A DNA stretch of 64,000 bases from an uncultured Gammaproteobacteria bacterium (GTDB lineage Bacteria; Patescibacteriota; Patescibacteriia; Magasanikbacterales; UBA922): positions 466,111-530,110 of the forward strand of contig CAZQXB010000001.1 of NCBI GenBank assembly GCA_964597575.1. Direction: 5' to 3'. The notes under the pieces were generated by a model. That model searched no databases, had not been told where the DNA came from, and worked only from the letters and a program-made list of their open reading frames with translations. Positions 1 to 9,319 of the stretch are shown here, piece by piece; within the stretch, counting starts at the first letter, position 1, and each line of letters begins with the position of its first letter. A program made the translations under genes and the position numbers.

Positions 1-595
1 CTATGCTGTGCGTGAATTTGATTCAGCGAAAAAACTCTCGGAAGCTGACCTGAACATCCTTTTAGAGGCGGCTCGATTGGCCCCTTCTTCCTTTGGTCTT
101 CAGCCGTGGAAATTTGCGCTGGTCGAGAATAAAGAAAAACGCGAAGCCATTCAGGCTGCTGGTTGGAATCAGACACAAATTACAGGTGCCTCTCATCTTC
201 TCGTCGTTCTCGCAAAGGACGATATGGACACGGCATATATTGAAGCGTATGTGAAAGCAATTTCTGATACCCGTGGCGTTCCCGTCGAGATGCTCAAAGG
301 ATTCCAAGATATGATGGTGGGTTCGGTTGGTTCTCGGTCGGTAGAAGATAAAAAGAGCTGGATGGCTCGTCAGGCGTATATTCCGGTCGGTATGGTTCTC
401 GAAACTGCGGCCCTTCTTCATGTTGATGCGGTACCAATGGAAGGGTTTGATCAAGGTGTAGTAAAGCAGATTTTGAATATTGATGGGTTTACCCCCTATG
501 TTCTTATTTGCCTCGGATACCGGAGCGAAAACGATAAAGGTGCTGGATACAAAAAAGTTCGTATGAGTGCAGACGACGCTATTGTCCGCATGTAA
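1..595 (+). CDS. NAD(P)H nitroreductase family protein (5' partial)
   Basis: Frame open from the window edge (YAVREFD); [16 protein letters not shown] and PMEGF motifs. Confidence 0.9.
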   Translation, partial: YAVREFDSAKKLSEADLNILLEAARLAPSSFGLQPWKFALVENKEKREAIQAAGWNQTQITGASHLLVVLAKDDMDTAYIEAYVKAISDTRGVPVEMLKGFQDMMVGSVGSRSVEDKKSWMARQAYIPVGMVLETAALLHVDAVPMEGFDQGVVKQILNIDGFTPYVLICLGYRSENDKGAGYKKVRMSADDAIVRM

Positions 596-606
596 TATTC
601 GTTCGT

Positions 607-1008
607 ATGAGTGCTCCTGTAGAGAAAACTGATGCTGAGTGGCAAAAAGAGCTAAGCCCTGAGGCGTATACCGTACTTCGGGAAAAGGGAACAGAGCGTC
701 CGTTTACGGGAAAGTATTGGAATACGAACGATCGGGGGATGTATACCTGTGCTGGATGCGGCAGTGAGTTATTTTCTTCAGATACCAAGTTTGATGCGGG
801 CTGCGGTTGGCCAAGTTTTTTCGCTCCCATTCATAATGAAAATGTAGAAACGCATACGGATACGACTCATGGTATGGTGCGCCAAGAAGTAGTCTGCCGC
901 CGTTGCGGCGGGCATTTAGGGCATGTTTTTCCCGATGGTCCAGAACCAACGGGAAGTCGTTTTTGCATCAATTCTGCGGCCCTCAATTTTCATAAGAAAG
1001 ATGTATAA
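607..1008 (+). CDS. msrB: peptide-methionine (R)-S-oxide reductase
   Basis: [22 protein letters not shown] and RFCINS motifs. Confidence 0.97.
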   Translation: MSAPVEKTDAEWQKELSPEAYTVLREKGTERPFTGKYWNTNDRGMYTCAGCGSELFSSDTKFDAGCGWPSFFAPIHNENVETHTDTTHGMVRQEVVCRRCGGHLGHVFPDGPEPTGSRFCINSAALNFHKKDV

Positions 1009-1011
1009 CCT

Positions 1012-1725
1012 ATGTCGCATACGATTCGACGAGCTCATGAACGTGGGTTAACGAAACTCGGATGGCTTGAAAGTCATCATTTGTTTAGTTTCGGTTCTTA
1101 CCGTGACGAAGAAAATGTGGGTTTTGGTGCGTTACGTGTCGTAAACGATGACACGGTAAAGGGCGGCATGGGGTTTGATAACCACACCCATGAAAACATG
1201 GAAATTATTTCTATCGTTTTATCGGGTGCGCTTGAGCATCGAGATAGCTTAGGTACGGCATCCGTGCTTCGTGCAGGAGATGTGCAGGTCATGACTGCTG
1301 GGGTTGGGGTAACTCATGCAGAACTCAACCATGATCATGATGAGTTAGTGCATTTTTTACAGATTTGGATTGAACCAAAAGAACAACAGCTTCCGTCAGC
1401 GTATGAAGAAAAACACTCTTCTTTTCTTGAAGAGCCAAACCGACTTCATATTCTAGCGTCTGGTTTTTCAGATGTTGGGGCCCTGCCAATTCAAAGCAAT
1501 GCTCGAGTTATGATGGCTTCGCTTGAGACAGGTGCGTCCGCCAGCTATACCGTGGATCACGATGGTAACGGGGTGATGGTCTATGTGGTAGAAGGAGAAG
1601 TAGAGGTTGCGGGCGAGGTTCTGAAACAAGGGGATAGTCTCCGTATTGCAGACCCTGCCGCGGTCGTAGCTGCGGCCACAACTGCCTCAAAGGTGCTTAT
1701 GATTGATGTGGCAATGGAACCCTAA
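1012..1725 (+). CDS. pirin family protein
   Basis: FGALRVVNDD, HTHENMEI, HRDSLG, QVMTAGVGVTHAE and FLQIWI motifs. Confidence 0.93.
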   Translation: MSHTIRRAHERGLTKLGWLESHHLFSFGSYRDEENVGFGALRVVNDDTVKGGMGFDNHTHENMEIISIVLSGALEHRDSLGTASVLRAGDVQVMTAGVGVTHAELNHDHDELVHFLQIWIEPKEQQLPSAYEEKHSSFLEEPNRLHILASGFSDVGALPIQSNARVMMASLETGASASYTVDHDGNGVMVYVVEGEVEVAGEVLKQGDSLRIADPAAVVAAATTASKVLMIDVAMEP

Positions 1726-1734
1726 ATGTCGGAA

Positions 1735-2241
1735 TTAAATAGTCGTTGTTTGTGGGTTTGTGCCAGTGTGACTTATTTTTTCCTCGATTGTTTTTTGTAA
1801 ATACGAAAAAAATTCTGGTTCGGTCGAAAAGTGGGGGATATTAAATTTTTCGCATTCGATATCGATATTGCCTTTTCTCCAAAATCCTTCTGGGCAATGA
1901 ACAATCATTTTATGAGTTCGTGCAAAGAGGCCAAATTCCAAGAAAGAAATTGGCGATTTTGAGTCGCGGTCGAAATACATCACGATAACGTCTGCTACGC
2001 GAAGACCCTGAAGCTCCCACTCTACTTGGGCGCGAAATTCTTTATTTTCTGCCTGCTGGGGTGTCGTAAGATCCCAATCGTCACGACGCGGGTTTAAAAC
2101 GTTGATATCAAATTTCTTCAAGAACTCTACGACTTTGTCCTGCCATCGATTAGCGGTTCCCATATCAATACTGCCCGCTAAAAATACCGTTAATTTTTTT
2201 TCTGTATTTTCAAATGGGGTTGGAGGAAGAAAAACAGGCAT
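1735..2241 (-). CDS. nucleoside 2-deoxyribosyltransferase-like protein
   Basis: VFLAGSI, NPRRDDW, QVEWE, SPISFLEFG and FWRKGNI motifs. Confidence 0.85.
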   Translation of the reverse strand: MPVFLPPTPFENTEKKLTVFLAGSIDMGTANRWQDKVVEFLKKFDINVLNPRRDDWDLTTPQQAENKEFRAQVEWELQGLRVADVIVMYFDRDSKSPISFLEFGLFARTHKMIVHCPEGFWRKGNIDIECEKFNIPHFSTEPEFFSYLQKTIEEKISHTGTNPQTTTI

Positions 2242-2253
2242 ACGATTTCATTC

Positions 2254-2286
2254 AAAAATCCTCCGATATGTGGTCGGAGGATTTTT
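2254..2286. terminator. intrinsic terminator hairpin
   Basis: AAAAATCCTCCGA-loop-TCGGAGGATTTTT inverted repeat. Confidence 0.7.
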
Positions 2287-2293
2287 GCTTTTG

Positions 2294-2794
2294 TTATTCA
2301 ACGGTCACTTCTACGTCATTGCTGTAGCTCGCACACTCTGCATCGCGGAGAATACACACGCGAATGTGATGCGTACCGCGTGGTACGTCGATCCACGTTC
2401 CTTCACGGCTTTTTTCATGTTGGCGCCACCAGTAGTTCTTGGTGTCATGAATTGGATTTGGTTTTTCTGAACGAACCAGCATAAACCCATCACTCACATC
2501 AGTGCCCTCTGCTACTTCCCAACGAAGTTTTGCCAAGCCTTTTCCGCCGCCTTCGGCTTCAAGAGTGATTGTTCCGTCTGCTACAGTGCTTCCGTCATCC
2601 ATCATAACATCATCCGATTCCGTATCTTCCATCATGGCACTGTCGTCCATCATAGAGCCGTCGTCAGCCGGTTTTGTCATGGCACTCCCAGGAGTTGGAT
2701 TCGGTGTGGAGTCGGTAGGGGTACAACCTGCTCCCACCAAAAGAATAGCTCCTAAAAGAATCGGCGTAAATCCAAGAGTCAAAATATTTTTCAT
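2294..2794 (-). CDS. putative lipoprotein with acidic Met/Asp-rich linker
   Basis: Signal peptide ending LVGAGC; MMDD repeats; C-terminal beta-rich domain. Confidence 0.75.
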   Translation of the reverse strand: MKNILTLGFTPILLGAILLVGAGCTPTDSTPNPTPGSAMTKPADDGSMMDDSAMMEDTESDDVMMDDGSTVADGTITLEAEGGGKGLAKLRWEVAEGTDVSDGFMLVRSEKPNPIHDTKNYWWRQHEKSREGTWIDVPRGTHHIRVCILRDAECASYSNDVEVTVE

Positions 2795-2870
2795 AAAGTG
2801 GTACTCAAAATTAAAATACCGTATGAGTGCCTCCTATAGTAGCACAGTCAAAAAATCCTTGCCAAGCCAC

Positions 2871-4352
2871 TTATACACCCTCGCCTTCTTTGTGTTTTTT
2901 CAGTAATCGACCAAGATCAAGGGTTTCTGTAATTTTTATTCCTTTCATGAATTCCTCCATATGCGACACAATAATCATTGCGCCTTCGTAGTTATTGAGG
3001 GCTTCCGCGATAATAGGAAGGTGGCGGAAGTTAATGTGGTTTGATGGTTCATCCAAAATAAGGAGTGCTGGTTTTTGCAATACAAATCGTGCAAACGACA
3101 ACAGTCCTTTTTGCCCTTCAGAAAGCGAAGCCACCGTATTTTTCATGATGGAAGAATGAAGAAGGAATGAAGAGGCCGTCGCGTAAATTTCTTCTTTATC
3201 CGGAATGTCCATCATTTCAGCCAAAGCATCGTATGGAGTTTTATCCATATCAAGCCCAGAAAAATCCTGGCGATAATATCCTACACGAATACCAGGGAGG
3301 ATAGTGGCTCCAGGTTCTGTATTTTTAGCGAGGCGCTCAAGAAGGGTGGTTTTACCAATTCCGTTTGGTCCTTTAATGACGAGTCGGTGTCCGCGACGAA
3401 GGGCAATATCAACCGGGACATGAATGGGTTCGTGAGCATCGATAATCGTTACCGATTCTAAGCGAACCACCACATCGGTCGTATGCTCGTAGGGGATTGC
3501 AAAACCTTTAATTGGTTTGTCATCTTTCCGAACATCGACTTTATTTTCTTCTTGTTCTTCAAGTTCATCTTTTAACTTGGCCGCAAGTTTGCGCATCTTT
3601 CCTCCTTTGTGTGCAAAAAAGTTTACCTTTTCTTTTTTATCTAAGATTTCTTTTTCCAGCTGAGCATTTTTTCGCTCCTCTCGTTCAATCTGCGCTTTAA
3701 TCTGCTCAACCACATCCATGTAGTTACCCGCGTACTGCTCTAATTTTTTCTTACGAGCATCAAGGTAGAGGACGCTGTCGGTAAACGAGTTTAAAAATTC
3801 TGCATCATGGGAAATCACGATCACGGTTTTATCGTAGAGGATAAGAAACATCGTGAGGTGTTCAATTCCCGTTTGATCTAAATTATTTGTCGGCTCGTCG
3901 AGCAAAAGGACATCAGGTTTTTGGATGAGGGCATACGCCAGAAGAAGTCGTGCTTGTTGCCCGCCAGAAAGCGCTCGGATTTTTCGGTCGAGAGGGACAT
4001 CTAAATTAACGGTTTCGAAAACATCAGCAATGAGCTTGTCGAGGTTATACTTTTTTTCAGTGAAGGCGGTCGCAAAATATTCCTGAACGGTATGGTCAAG
4101 ATATTGTTTCGGTACGACTTGGGGTGCGATAGCAATGGTCGCGCCGTCACGAACGTGTACCTTGCCGCCGAGGGGTTTAATTTCCCCGGTCATGAGTTTA
4201 AACATGGTGGTTTTGCCAGCCCCGTTTTGCCCCATGATCGTGACTTTTGTGCCCTCGCGTACTGATCCATTGGCCTCTTCCAGTTGCAATTTTTCCTCAT
4301 CGTAGCCAAAAGAAGTGTTTTCAAACCGAACAATAACGTTATTAGAACTCAT
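2871..4352 (-). CDS. ABC-F family ATP-binding protein
   Basis: Two ABC domains (GQNGAGKT/LSGGQ/LLDEPTN and GPNGIGKT/LSEGQ/LILDEPSN) joined by a coiled linker; no TM segments. Confidence 0.92.
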   Translation of the reverse strand: MSSNNVIVRFENTSFGYDEEKLQLEEANGSVREGTKVTIMGQNGAGKTTMFKLMTGEIKPLGGKVHVRDGATIAIAPQVVPKQYLDHTVQEYFATAFTEKKYNLDKLIADVFETVNLDVPLDRKIRALSGGQQARLLLAYALIQKPDVLLLDEPTNNLDQTGIEHLTMFLILYDKTVIVISHDAEFLNSFTDSVLYLDARKKKLEQYAGNYMDVVEQIKAQIEREERKNAQLEKEILDKKEKVNFFAHKGGKMRKLAAKLKDELEEQEENKVDVRKDDKPIKGFAIPYEHTTDVVVRLESVTIIDAHEPIHVPVDIALRRGHRLVIKGPNGIGKTTLLERLAKNTEPGATILPGIRVGYYRQDFSGLDMDKTPYDALAEMMDIPDKEEIYATASSFLLHSSIMKNTVASLSEGQKGLLSFARFVLQKPALLILDEPSNHINFRHLPIIAEALNNYEGAMIIVSHMEEFMKGIKITETLDLGRLLKKHKEGEGV

Positions 4353-4373
4353 AAGAAGAAACAATTTTGCCTA

Positions 4374-4402
4374 AGTATAGCAGAGAAAATTTGGTGTGTC
4401 AA
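4374..4402 (-). promoter_or_regulatory. sigma70 promoter of the ABC-F gene
   Basis: TTGACA-N17-TATACT with extended -10 TG on the minus strand. Confidence 0.75.
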
Positions 4403-4449
4403 TCTTGTGGCTCTATTCGATTGAGGTTTGTAATTTTTAGCCTAAAATG

Positions 4450-4593
4450 TGTAAGTTAAAGTGAAAAATAGCTACATTATTATAGAAAAAATGAAAGGTT
4501 GGATTACAAAAAATGGCTTAAATAAGCCATTTTTATGTTCAAATATTTTCATTTTCTCTTTATTTTTGTATACATTTTTTACTTTAACTTACA
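4450..4593 (+). repeat. 144-bp palindromic repeat, copy 1
   Basis: TGTAAGTTAAAGTG...TACTTTAACTTACA; reverse complement of copy 3; arms match 51/71 ungapped by manual count. Confidence 0.97.
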
Positions 4594-4715
4594 GCATCGG
4601 ATGGACGGCAGATTCTTCAGATCGACATTGCTCTGCTCGACCCCCACATTGTTGTCTGAACTGAGACGCTGGACGCCAGTGAACGAATGCTGGCATCGCC
4701 AGCTGGAGTTAACAA

Positions 4716-4907
4716 CTAGAACTCGTAACTACATACAATCTCGTTGTCCGGGATCGAGCAATCACGCGTACTGCAACAATCCTCATATGACTCCTGTGGC
4801 GCATCAGACACTCTTGTCTTGGGGTTCGACACCACATGGATCGCCAACACAATCAAGCCAACGACAACAAATATACCGACGATAGCCGCCCTACGCGCAA
4901 TTTGCAT
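4716..4907 (-). CDS. small hypothetical membrane-anchored Cys-rich protein (fragment 1)
   Basis: N-terminal TM segment followed by CCSTRDC; divergent from the protease gene. Confidence 0.35.
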   Translation of the reverse strand: MQIARRAAIVGIFVVVGLIVLAIHVVSNPKTRVSDAPQESYEDCCSTRDCSIPDNEIVCSYEF

Positions 4908-4977
4908 ACACAAACAATTTTGTGAGTATTATCAACAGTATATCACAAGTACAGCGAGGTGTATCTTGAGACCCTTT

Positions 4978-5321
4978 ATGTCGATTATCAATGTTGCCCT
5001 TCTTGCGGGCCTCGCGTGCTCGGCACGCCATCCAGATCGCGAACACTCGGGACCTCATGCACGGAGCAGCGGCCGAGCGATAATCGCTGGCCTTCCTGCG
5101 CCGGATACGTTCGAGTCCGTCGCATATCTGCAGAGAATACCAACCACCGCCAACGGAGGCGAGTCAGGATCCTGCTCCGCTGTATTGATATCTCCCGACA
5201 CTCTACTAACATCTCGACACTGTGGTTGCACAAGAAGCACCACGGCAGCATCTCGTACTTGCGATTCCACTATCTGCACGCACTTCATGATTAACGGAGA
5301 ATTGCAGTCATGCAGAGTAGG
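4978..5321 (+). pseudogene. trypsin-like (S1) serine protease, 3'-truncated by repeat copy 2
   Basis: Signal/lipobox (LAGLAC), IIAG, CSAVLISPDTLLTSRHC (catalytic His motif); frame runs into the repeat and stops at 5331; no GDSG motif. Confidence 0.8.
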
Positions 5322-5465
5322 TGTAAGTTAAAGTAAAAAATGTATACAAAAATAAAGAGAAAATGAAAATATTTGAACATAAAAATGGCTTATTTAAGCC
5401 ATTTTTTGTAATCTAACCTTTCATTTTTCCTATAATAATGTAGCTATTTTTCACTTTAACTTACA
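5322..5465 (-). repeat. 144-bp palindromic repeat, copy 2 (inverted relative to copy 1)
   Basis: Reverse complement of copy 1 with 2 substitutions. Confidence 0.97.
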
Positions 5466-5557
5466 GTATCCCCATCAGTTCGAGTGAGGACGACGTATCG
5501 AAATGTTTCCCGCTTGGAATCAAGAGGGAAGCCGAGGTCGACGTCAAGCGGCGTCAT
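5466..5557 (-). pseudogene. 5' stub of a gene cut by repeat copy 2
   Basis: ATG overlaps the upstream TGA (ATGA); MTPLDVDLGFPLDSKRETFRYVVLTRTDGD then enters the repeat. Confidence 0.5.
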
Positions 5558-5955
5558 AGCTGTGGAGGCTGGTTTGGGAAAACTTCGACATCTACTATGT
5601 CTACGAAGCGAATGTTGGGAACGATGGAGGGATCTGATGAAACCTCTCTAAAGTCTGAATGAAGTGGGCCATCTTCTCCCCAAAAGCGGTACCAAGCCCG
5701 TGGAGCACCTGACACGGTGGCCATCCACTGGCCGTGTTCGCTGGTGAAGTGTAGTTTAGCTCCGGGGATGTGTACCAGGATGAGGTCCGGGGGAAGAGCG
5801 TCACCGTACGCTCCCATACCATCGGGTAGTTCCAGCGGCACAACGTGGGATACTTCGGGTACATTCTCCTCGTAACTCGATCGAACGAATCCAATGAGGC
5901 CCGACTGAGCACGGGTCCACGCGTCTTCGTCGTCCTTCGTCGTCCTTCGACTCAT
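5554..5955 (-). CDS. hypothetical protein (fragment 2 operon)
   Basis: ATG at 5955 overlaps the upstream stop; SD-like AGGTAGGA; 133 aa. Confidence 0.6.
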   Translation of the reverse strand: MSRRTTKDDEDAWTRAQSGLIGFVRSSYEENVPEVSHVVPLELPDGMGAYGDALPPDLILVHIPGAKLHFTSEHGQWMATVSGAPRAWYRFWGEDGPLHSDFREVSSDPSIVPNIRFVDIVDVEVFPNQPPQL

Positions 5956-6728
5956 GGTCCTACCTCTGTCGGAATGGCTCCCAGCAAGTAGAATACAACC
6001 AGATCGGTCGAGTCTACGTTCAAGGAGGAGATGGAGGTCCACTGGACATACTTGGGCTCAATCGACGCCGCATGTGTATGAATTGCACGGTATCGCGCTT
6101 CTGTCGCGCCCTCAGACAGCGACACAGTTGCGAACGAATCAGTGTCGAAAGCGTCTGCATCAAGCCTCAGCATCGGGACAGTAAGAACGCTTGTGGACCT
6201 TGAGTTGACGGTGGTGTTCGAGACAACGACGCGAACGATGCCCGGGCCGTCAACGTCCAGCACAATAACGTCGCCGCGTGCGATGCCGTGATTGTTTGGA
6301 GGCAAGCGCCGAACGAGACTGTCCAGTCGAGAGGGTAGCTGCGCGGAAAGCAACGTTTGGCGACGACTAGTTAGTTCCCACCATAGTTCGTTGTTGGTGT
6401 GCGCGTATTCCTTGATATACTGACCTATCGACAATCTGTATATTCGCGCGCATTCGACAACCGCCGGTAGTTCCCCTGGCGAAGTCGGAGATGCATACAC
6501 GCAGAGTGGCCAAATTCGATCCACTATTCGGCGATCCATTGTTCCTATTCGACGCGTTTTCGTAGTACGCATGTTCGCTAGATTTGTTCGCGAGGCTGCG
6601 TCTGTCTCCGTAAGGGTAATGAATCGTTTGTAGTTGGAATGGTCGGGGGTGGAAGGAAATGTGACTGATGCGCCGTAGACGATGCCAGGTCTGATGTTCG
6701 TCATGTTCTTCCGGAAATAGAATACCAC
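5952..6728 (-). CDS. protein with C-terminal PemK/MazF-like domain
   Basis: IARGDVIVLD...RVVVSNTTVN...VLTVPM resembles the MazF/PemK pattern; alternative start at 6704. Confidence 0.55.
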   Translation of the reverse strand: MVFYFRKNMTNIRPGIVYGASVTFPSTPDHSNYKRFITLTETDAASRTNLANMRTTKTRRIGTMDRRIVDRIWPLCVYASPTSPGELPAVVECARIYRLSIGQYIKEYAHTNNELWWELTSRRQTLLSAQLPSRLDSLVRRLPPNNHGIARGDVIVLDVDGPGIVRVVVSNTTVNSRSTSVLTVPMLRLDADAFDTDSFATVSLSEGATEARYRAIHTHAASIEPKYVQWTSISSLNVDSTDLVVFYLLGAIPTEVGP

Positions 6729-6775
6729 CTCTCGTTCAGAAAGGTGGTGATGTTGCGGGGTTCGGGAAGTGTACT

Positions 6776-6958
6776 CTAGCCGTTCGGAGATTCTTCCTCC
6801 TCCAGTGCCTTGGCGAGTTCCTCCTCCGAGAGTTCAGGGATGCTCACGCCGCGTTGGAATGCCTCGACCAGAAGACGTCGAGCGCCCTTTGTCAGTCGTT
6901 CTTCCTGCGACTTCGTCAGGCCCGTCTTGGGATCGCGTTCTTCTTTGCCGTCGCTCAT
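6776..6958 (-). CDS. small acidic protein (possible antitoxin or regulator)
   Basis: GGAGG SD before ATG 6958; 60 aa with Glu-rich C-terminus; upstream of the PemK-like gene. Confidence 0.5.
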   Translation of the reverse strand: MSDGKEERDPKTGLTKSQEERLTKGARRLLVEAFQRGVSIPELSEEELAKALEEEESPNG

Positions 6959-7585
6959 GAGTCCTCCAGGACCCAGGTCGCGCGACAACCTTGTGGAGTC
7001 CCGCAACCTGATTCGGTTGCGTAGGGCTCCAGTCTTCGTGCTGGACCGGTTGGCGGACCGAAGTCCGTTCCAACAGAATACTATACAATAGTTCAGTCCG
7101 GCTGTCAACTCGGGGGTGTGGACAACTTTAACTGTTGACGAGCGGCCGGTGATGATCGATCCTGACCAACTGGCTTCAACTCCCTGCCGACGGCAGTGCG
7201 CTGGCCGGTGATGTCGTCGGTTCGACACGCCCGCAACTTCTTTCGCGCCCTTCGGCGGTTGTACTGTCGCGTCAAACGATGTGGCGGTCAATCGGCACTG
7301 ATAGGGATCGCCCTTCAGGGCCAAGGGTGCCCTACGGCGGCGGATCTTCGTCCCCGGTGGTCGTTATTTGTCGCTGTGCTCGACGCATCGGACGGGTCCA
7401 CCGTTGGCACCCGCCGCTGCGACGAACTGAAGCACCGGCTTGCGGGCGAGGTCGTTGAATCAGCAGGTGAGCTTCGCGTCGTTGCCCTTCGGACGGGTGG
7501 ACGCAACGGTTCGCCGGTCCTCCTCGCAGACTCGACGTTTCGAGCGACGCGAAGCGGGTTCGCTACTCACGGTGCGGTCGAGGCG

Positions 7586-7729
7586 TGTAAGTTAAAGTAA
7601 AAAATGTATACAAAAATAAAGAGAAAATGAAAATATTTGAACATAAAAATGGCTTATTTAAGCCATTTTTTGTAATCCAACCTTTCATTTTTTCTATAAT
7701 AATGTAGCTATTTTTCACTTTAACTTACA
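7586..7729 (-). repeat. 144-bp palindromic repeat, copy 3
   Basis: Exact reverse complement of copy 1 by manual comparison. Confidence 0.97.
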
Positions 7730-7730
7730 G

Positions 7731-8246
7731 TCATTTCCGGGTGGACGAGTTCCGTACGTACATGGCGATCTGAATCCACGTAACATCATGCTCACCCGTG
7801 AAAACGGCGTATGGGGCCCCGTCGTCATAGACTTTTGCCGCCTTACGCCTCGCGCAATCGTGTCAGCAGACTTTGCCCGACTTGAGGCCGGTATTGTTGT
7901 GAAGTGCCTTCGCGCATTCCTTGACACCGCGGGGCAGGACCCGCAACGTCATGAAGAATTCATGATGTTCGAGAACTTGCTAAATGGCGCCATGCCGATA
8001 CCGGCCGCGGTTGACAACATCTCCGTAAATCTACGAAAAATTGTAACCGTCGTTGGCGCTATTCGGCGTACGTTTCTTCGTATCGCTGGCCTGCCTCCGC
8101 AGGACGATAGTAGGTTTTACTTTGCCACGTTGATGCTCTCGTATCTCGGCTACTTGCGTCCACATCAGATAGCACGTTTCTCAGCCGCGCAACGAAATGC
8201 AGCTCTGTACTTGAGCGCCAACATCTGGAGAAAGCACCTAAAATAG
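7731..8246 (+). pseudogene. APH/kinase-like phosphotransferase, 5'-truncated by repeat copy 3
   Basis: Frame open from the repeat end: SFPGGRVPYVHGDLNPRNIM...VIDF...DFARLE; N-terminal kinase lobe missing. Confidence 0.8.
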
Positions 8247-8323
8247 CTGCCGTCCCCTTGCCTTGACTTGCCTACCTGGACGATGGTACAGTGGTGCCAT
8301 TGGTGGGGTGACCAAGATTCTCT

Positions 8324-8989
8324 ATGCATTTCAATGAACGCTCATGGTCGCCTCGTGCGTCTCGTCGCACGATTGGTGCTTACAATCGTATCGCCCATCG
8401 TTACGCAAACTTGTGGTTTGACGATCCGATCATGGAGCCGTCTCTTTGTCAGTTCCTGGACAACATACATCAGGCAGGCCCTGTGTTGGATGTTGGATGC
8501 GGACCTGGTCGAGATGTCGGGTTTATGCAGTCCCGTGGTTACATCGCCGTCGGAATCGACGCATCCACGAAAATGGTGGCCGAAGCCAGGCGTCGCGTGA
8601 GTTCCGCTAGGTTTGAGCACATGGACATGCGCAAACTACGATTTCCAGATTCCACCTTCGCTGGAGTTTGGGCTTGTGCATCAATTCTGCACCTCGACAG
8701 CAATGATCTGAATATAGCCTTTAGCGAATTCTATCGAATACTGAAGCCTGATGGCGTAGTTTTTGTGGTAGTCAAACATGGCGTTGGCGCCATGGTCGAC
8801 GACAATGGACGGTATTTTCGACTATTCACTCCTCCGGAGATTGAGCTTCTTTTGGATGCTTCCGGTTTTAGTGTGCTTACTTGGAGCATTGAAAAAGGTC
8901 GGCCAAGACCTGGGATCGAGCAGACGTGGATTCATGCCATAGGCGTGAAAGGCTCGATCCAAAACTCATGTAGTCTTCTCTCAAGATGA
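8324..8989 (+). CDS. class I SAM-dependent methyltransferase
   Basis: VLDVGCGPGRD, GIDAS, WACASILH and LKPDG motifs. Confidence 0.92.
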   Translation: MHFNERSWSPRASRRTIGAYNRIAHRYANLWFDDPIMEPSLCQFLDNIHQAGPVLDVGCGPGRDVGFMQSRGYIAVGIDASTKMVAEARRRVSSARFEHMDMRKLRFPDSTFAGVWACASILHLDSNDLNIAFSEFYRILKPDGVVFVVVKHGVGAMVDDNGRYFRLFTPPEIELLLDASGFSVLTWSIEKGRPRPGIEQTWIHAIGVKGSIQNSCSLLSR

Positions 8990-9064
8990 ACAGAAGAGAG
9001 GCGCACGTCGTGCGCCTCATGATGGCAAAAATTCTTTGCGGCAAGTCTCACACAATACTCTGGT

Positions 9065-9112
9065 TGTAAGTTAAAGTGAAAAATAGCTACATTATTATAG
9101 GAAAAATGAAAG
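9065..9112 (+). repeat. 48-bp half-copy of the palindromic repeat (array terminus)
   Basis: TGTAAGTTAAAGTGAAAAATAGCTACATTATTATAGGAAAAATGAAAG, then diverges; carries the copy-2 variant base. Confidence 0.93.
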
Positions 9113-9319
9113 TTTTTTCTTGCCAATTTATTTTTTTAATCTTTCCGGGTCCATTCCCTTGTAGCCTTCTACCAGAAAAATAGTTTATTAGGTGCATAAA
9201 TATTATTTTTTTGATCCAAGTTTTTTTTCCTTTTTTGAACCCGGTGTCCTTGTATATCTAGGGTATTTTTCTTGGATTCCTGTCAATAAAGCACTGTGTT
9301 GGCCAAGTAGATTTCGTCT

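Noticed and set aside
4461-4885. ORFs 4461-4664 and 4535-4885
   Set aside because: They begin inside the AT-rich repeat and cross the junction, with no coding motifs.
5426-5453. dif/pdif site within the repeat (TTTTCCTATAA resembles a XerC arm)
   Set aside because: No XerD-like arm at the required 6-bp spacing.
4450-9112. Canonical CRISPR array
   Set aside because: Repeats are 144 bp in mixed orientation, spacers are 0.7-2.1 kb, and no cas genes are present.
4450-9112. Classical integron/attC array
   Set aside because: GTT and AAC occur in the opposite order to attC, no extrahelical bases are evident, cargo genes are truncated, and no intI is seen.
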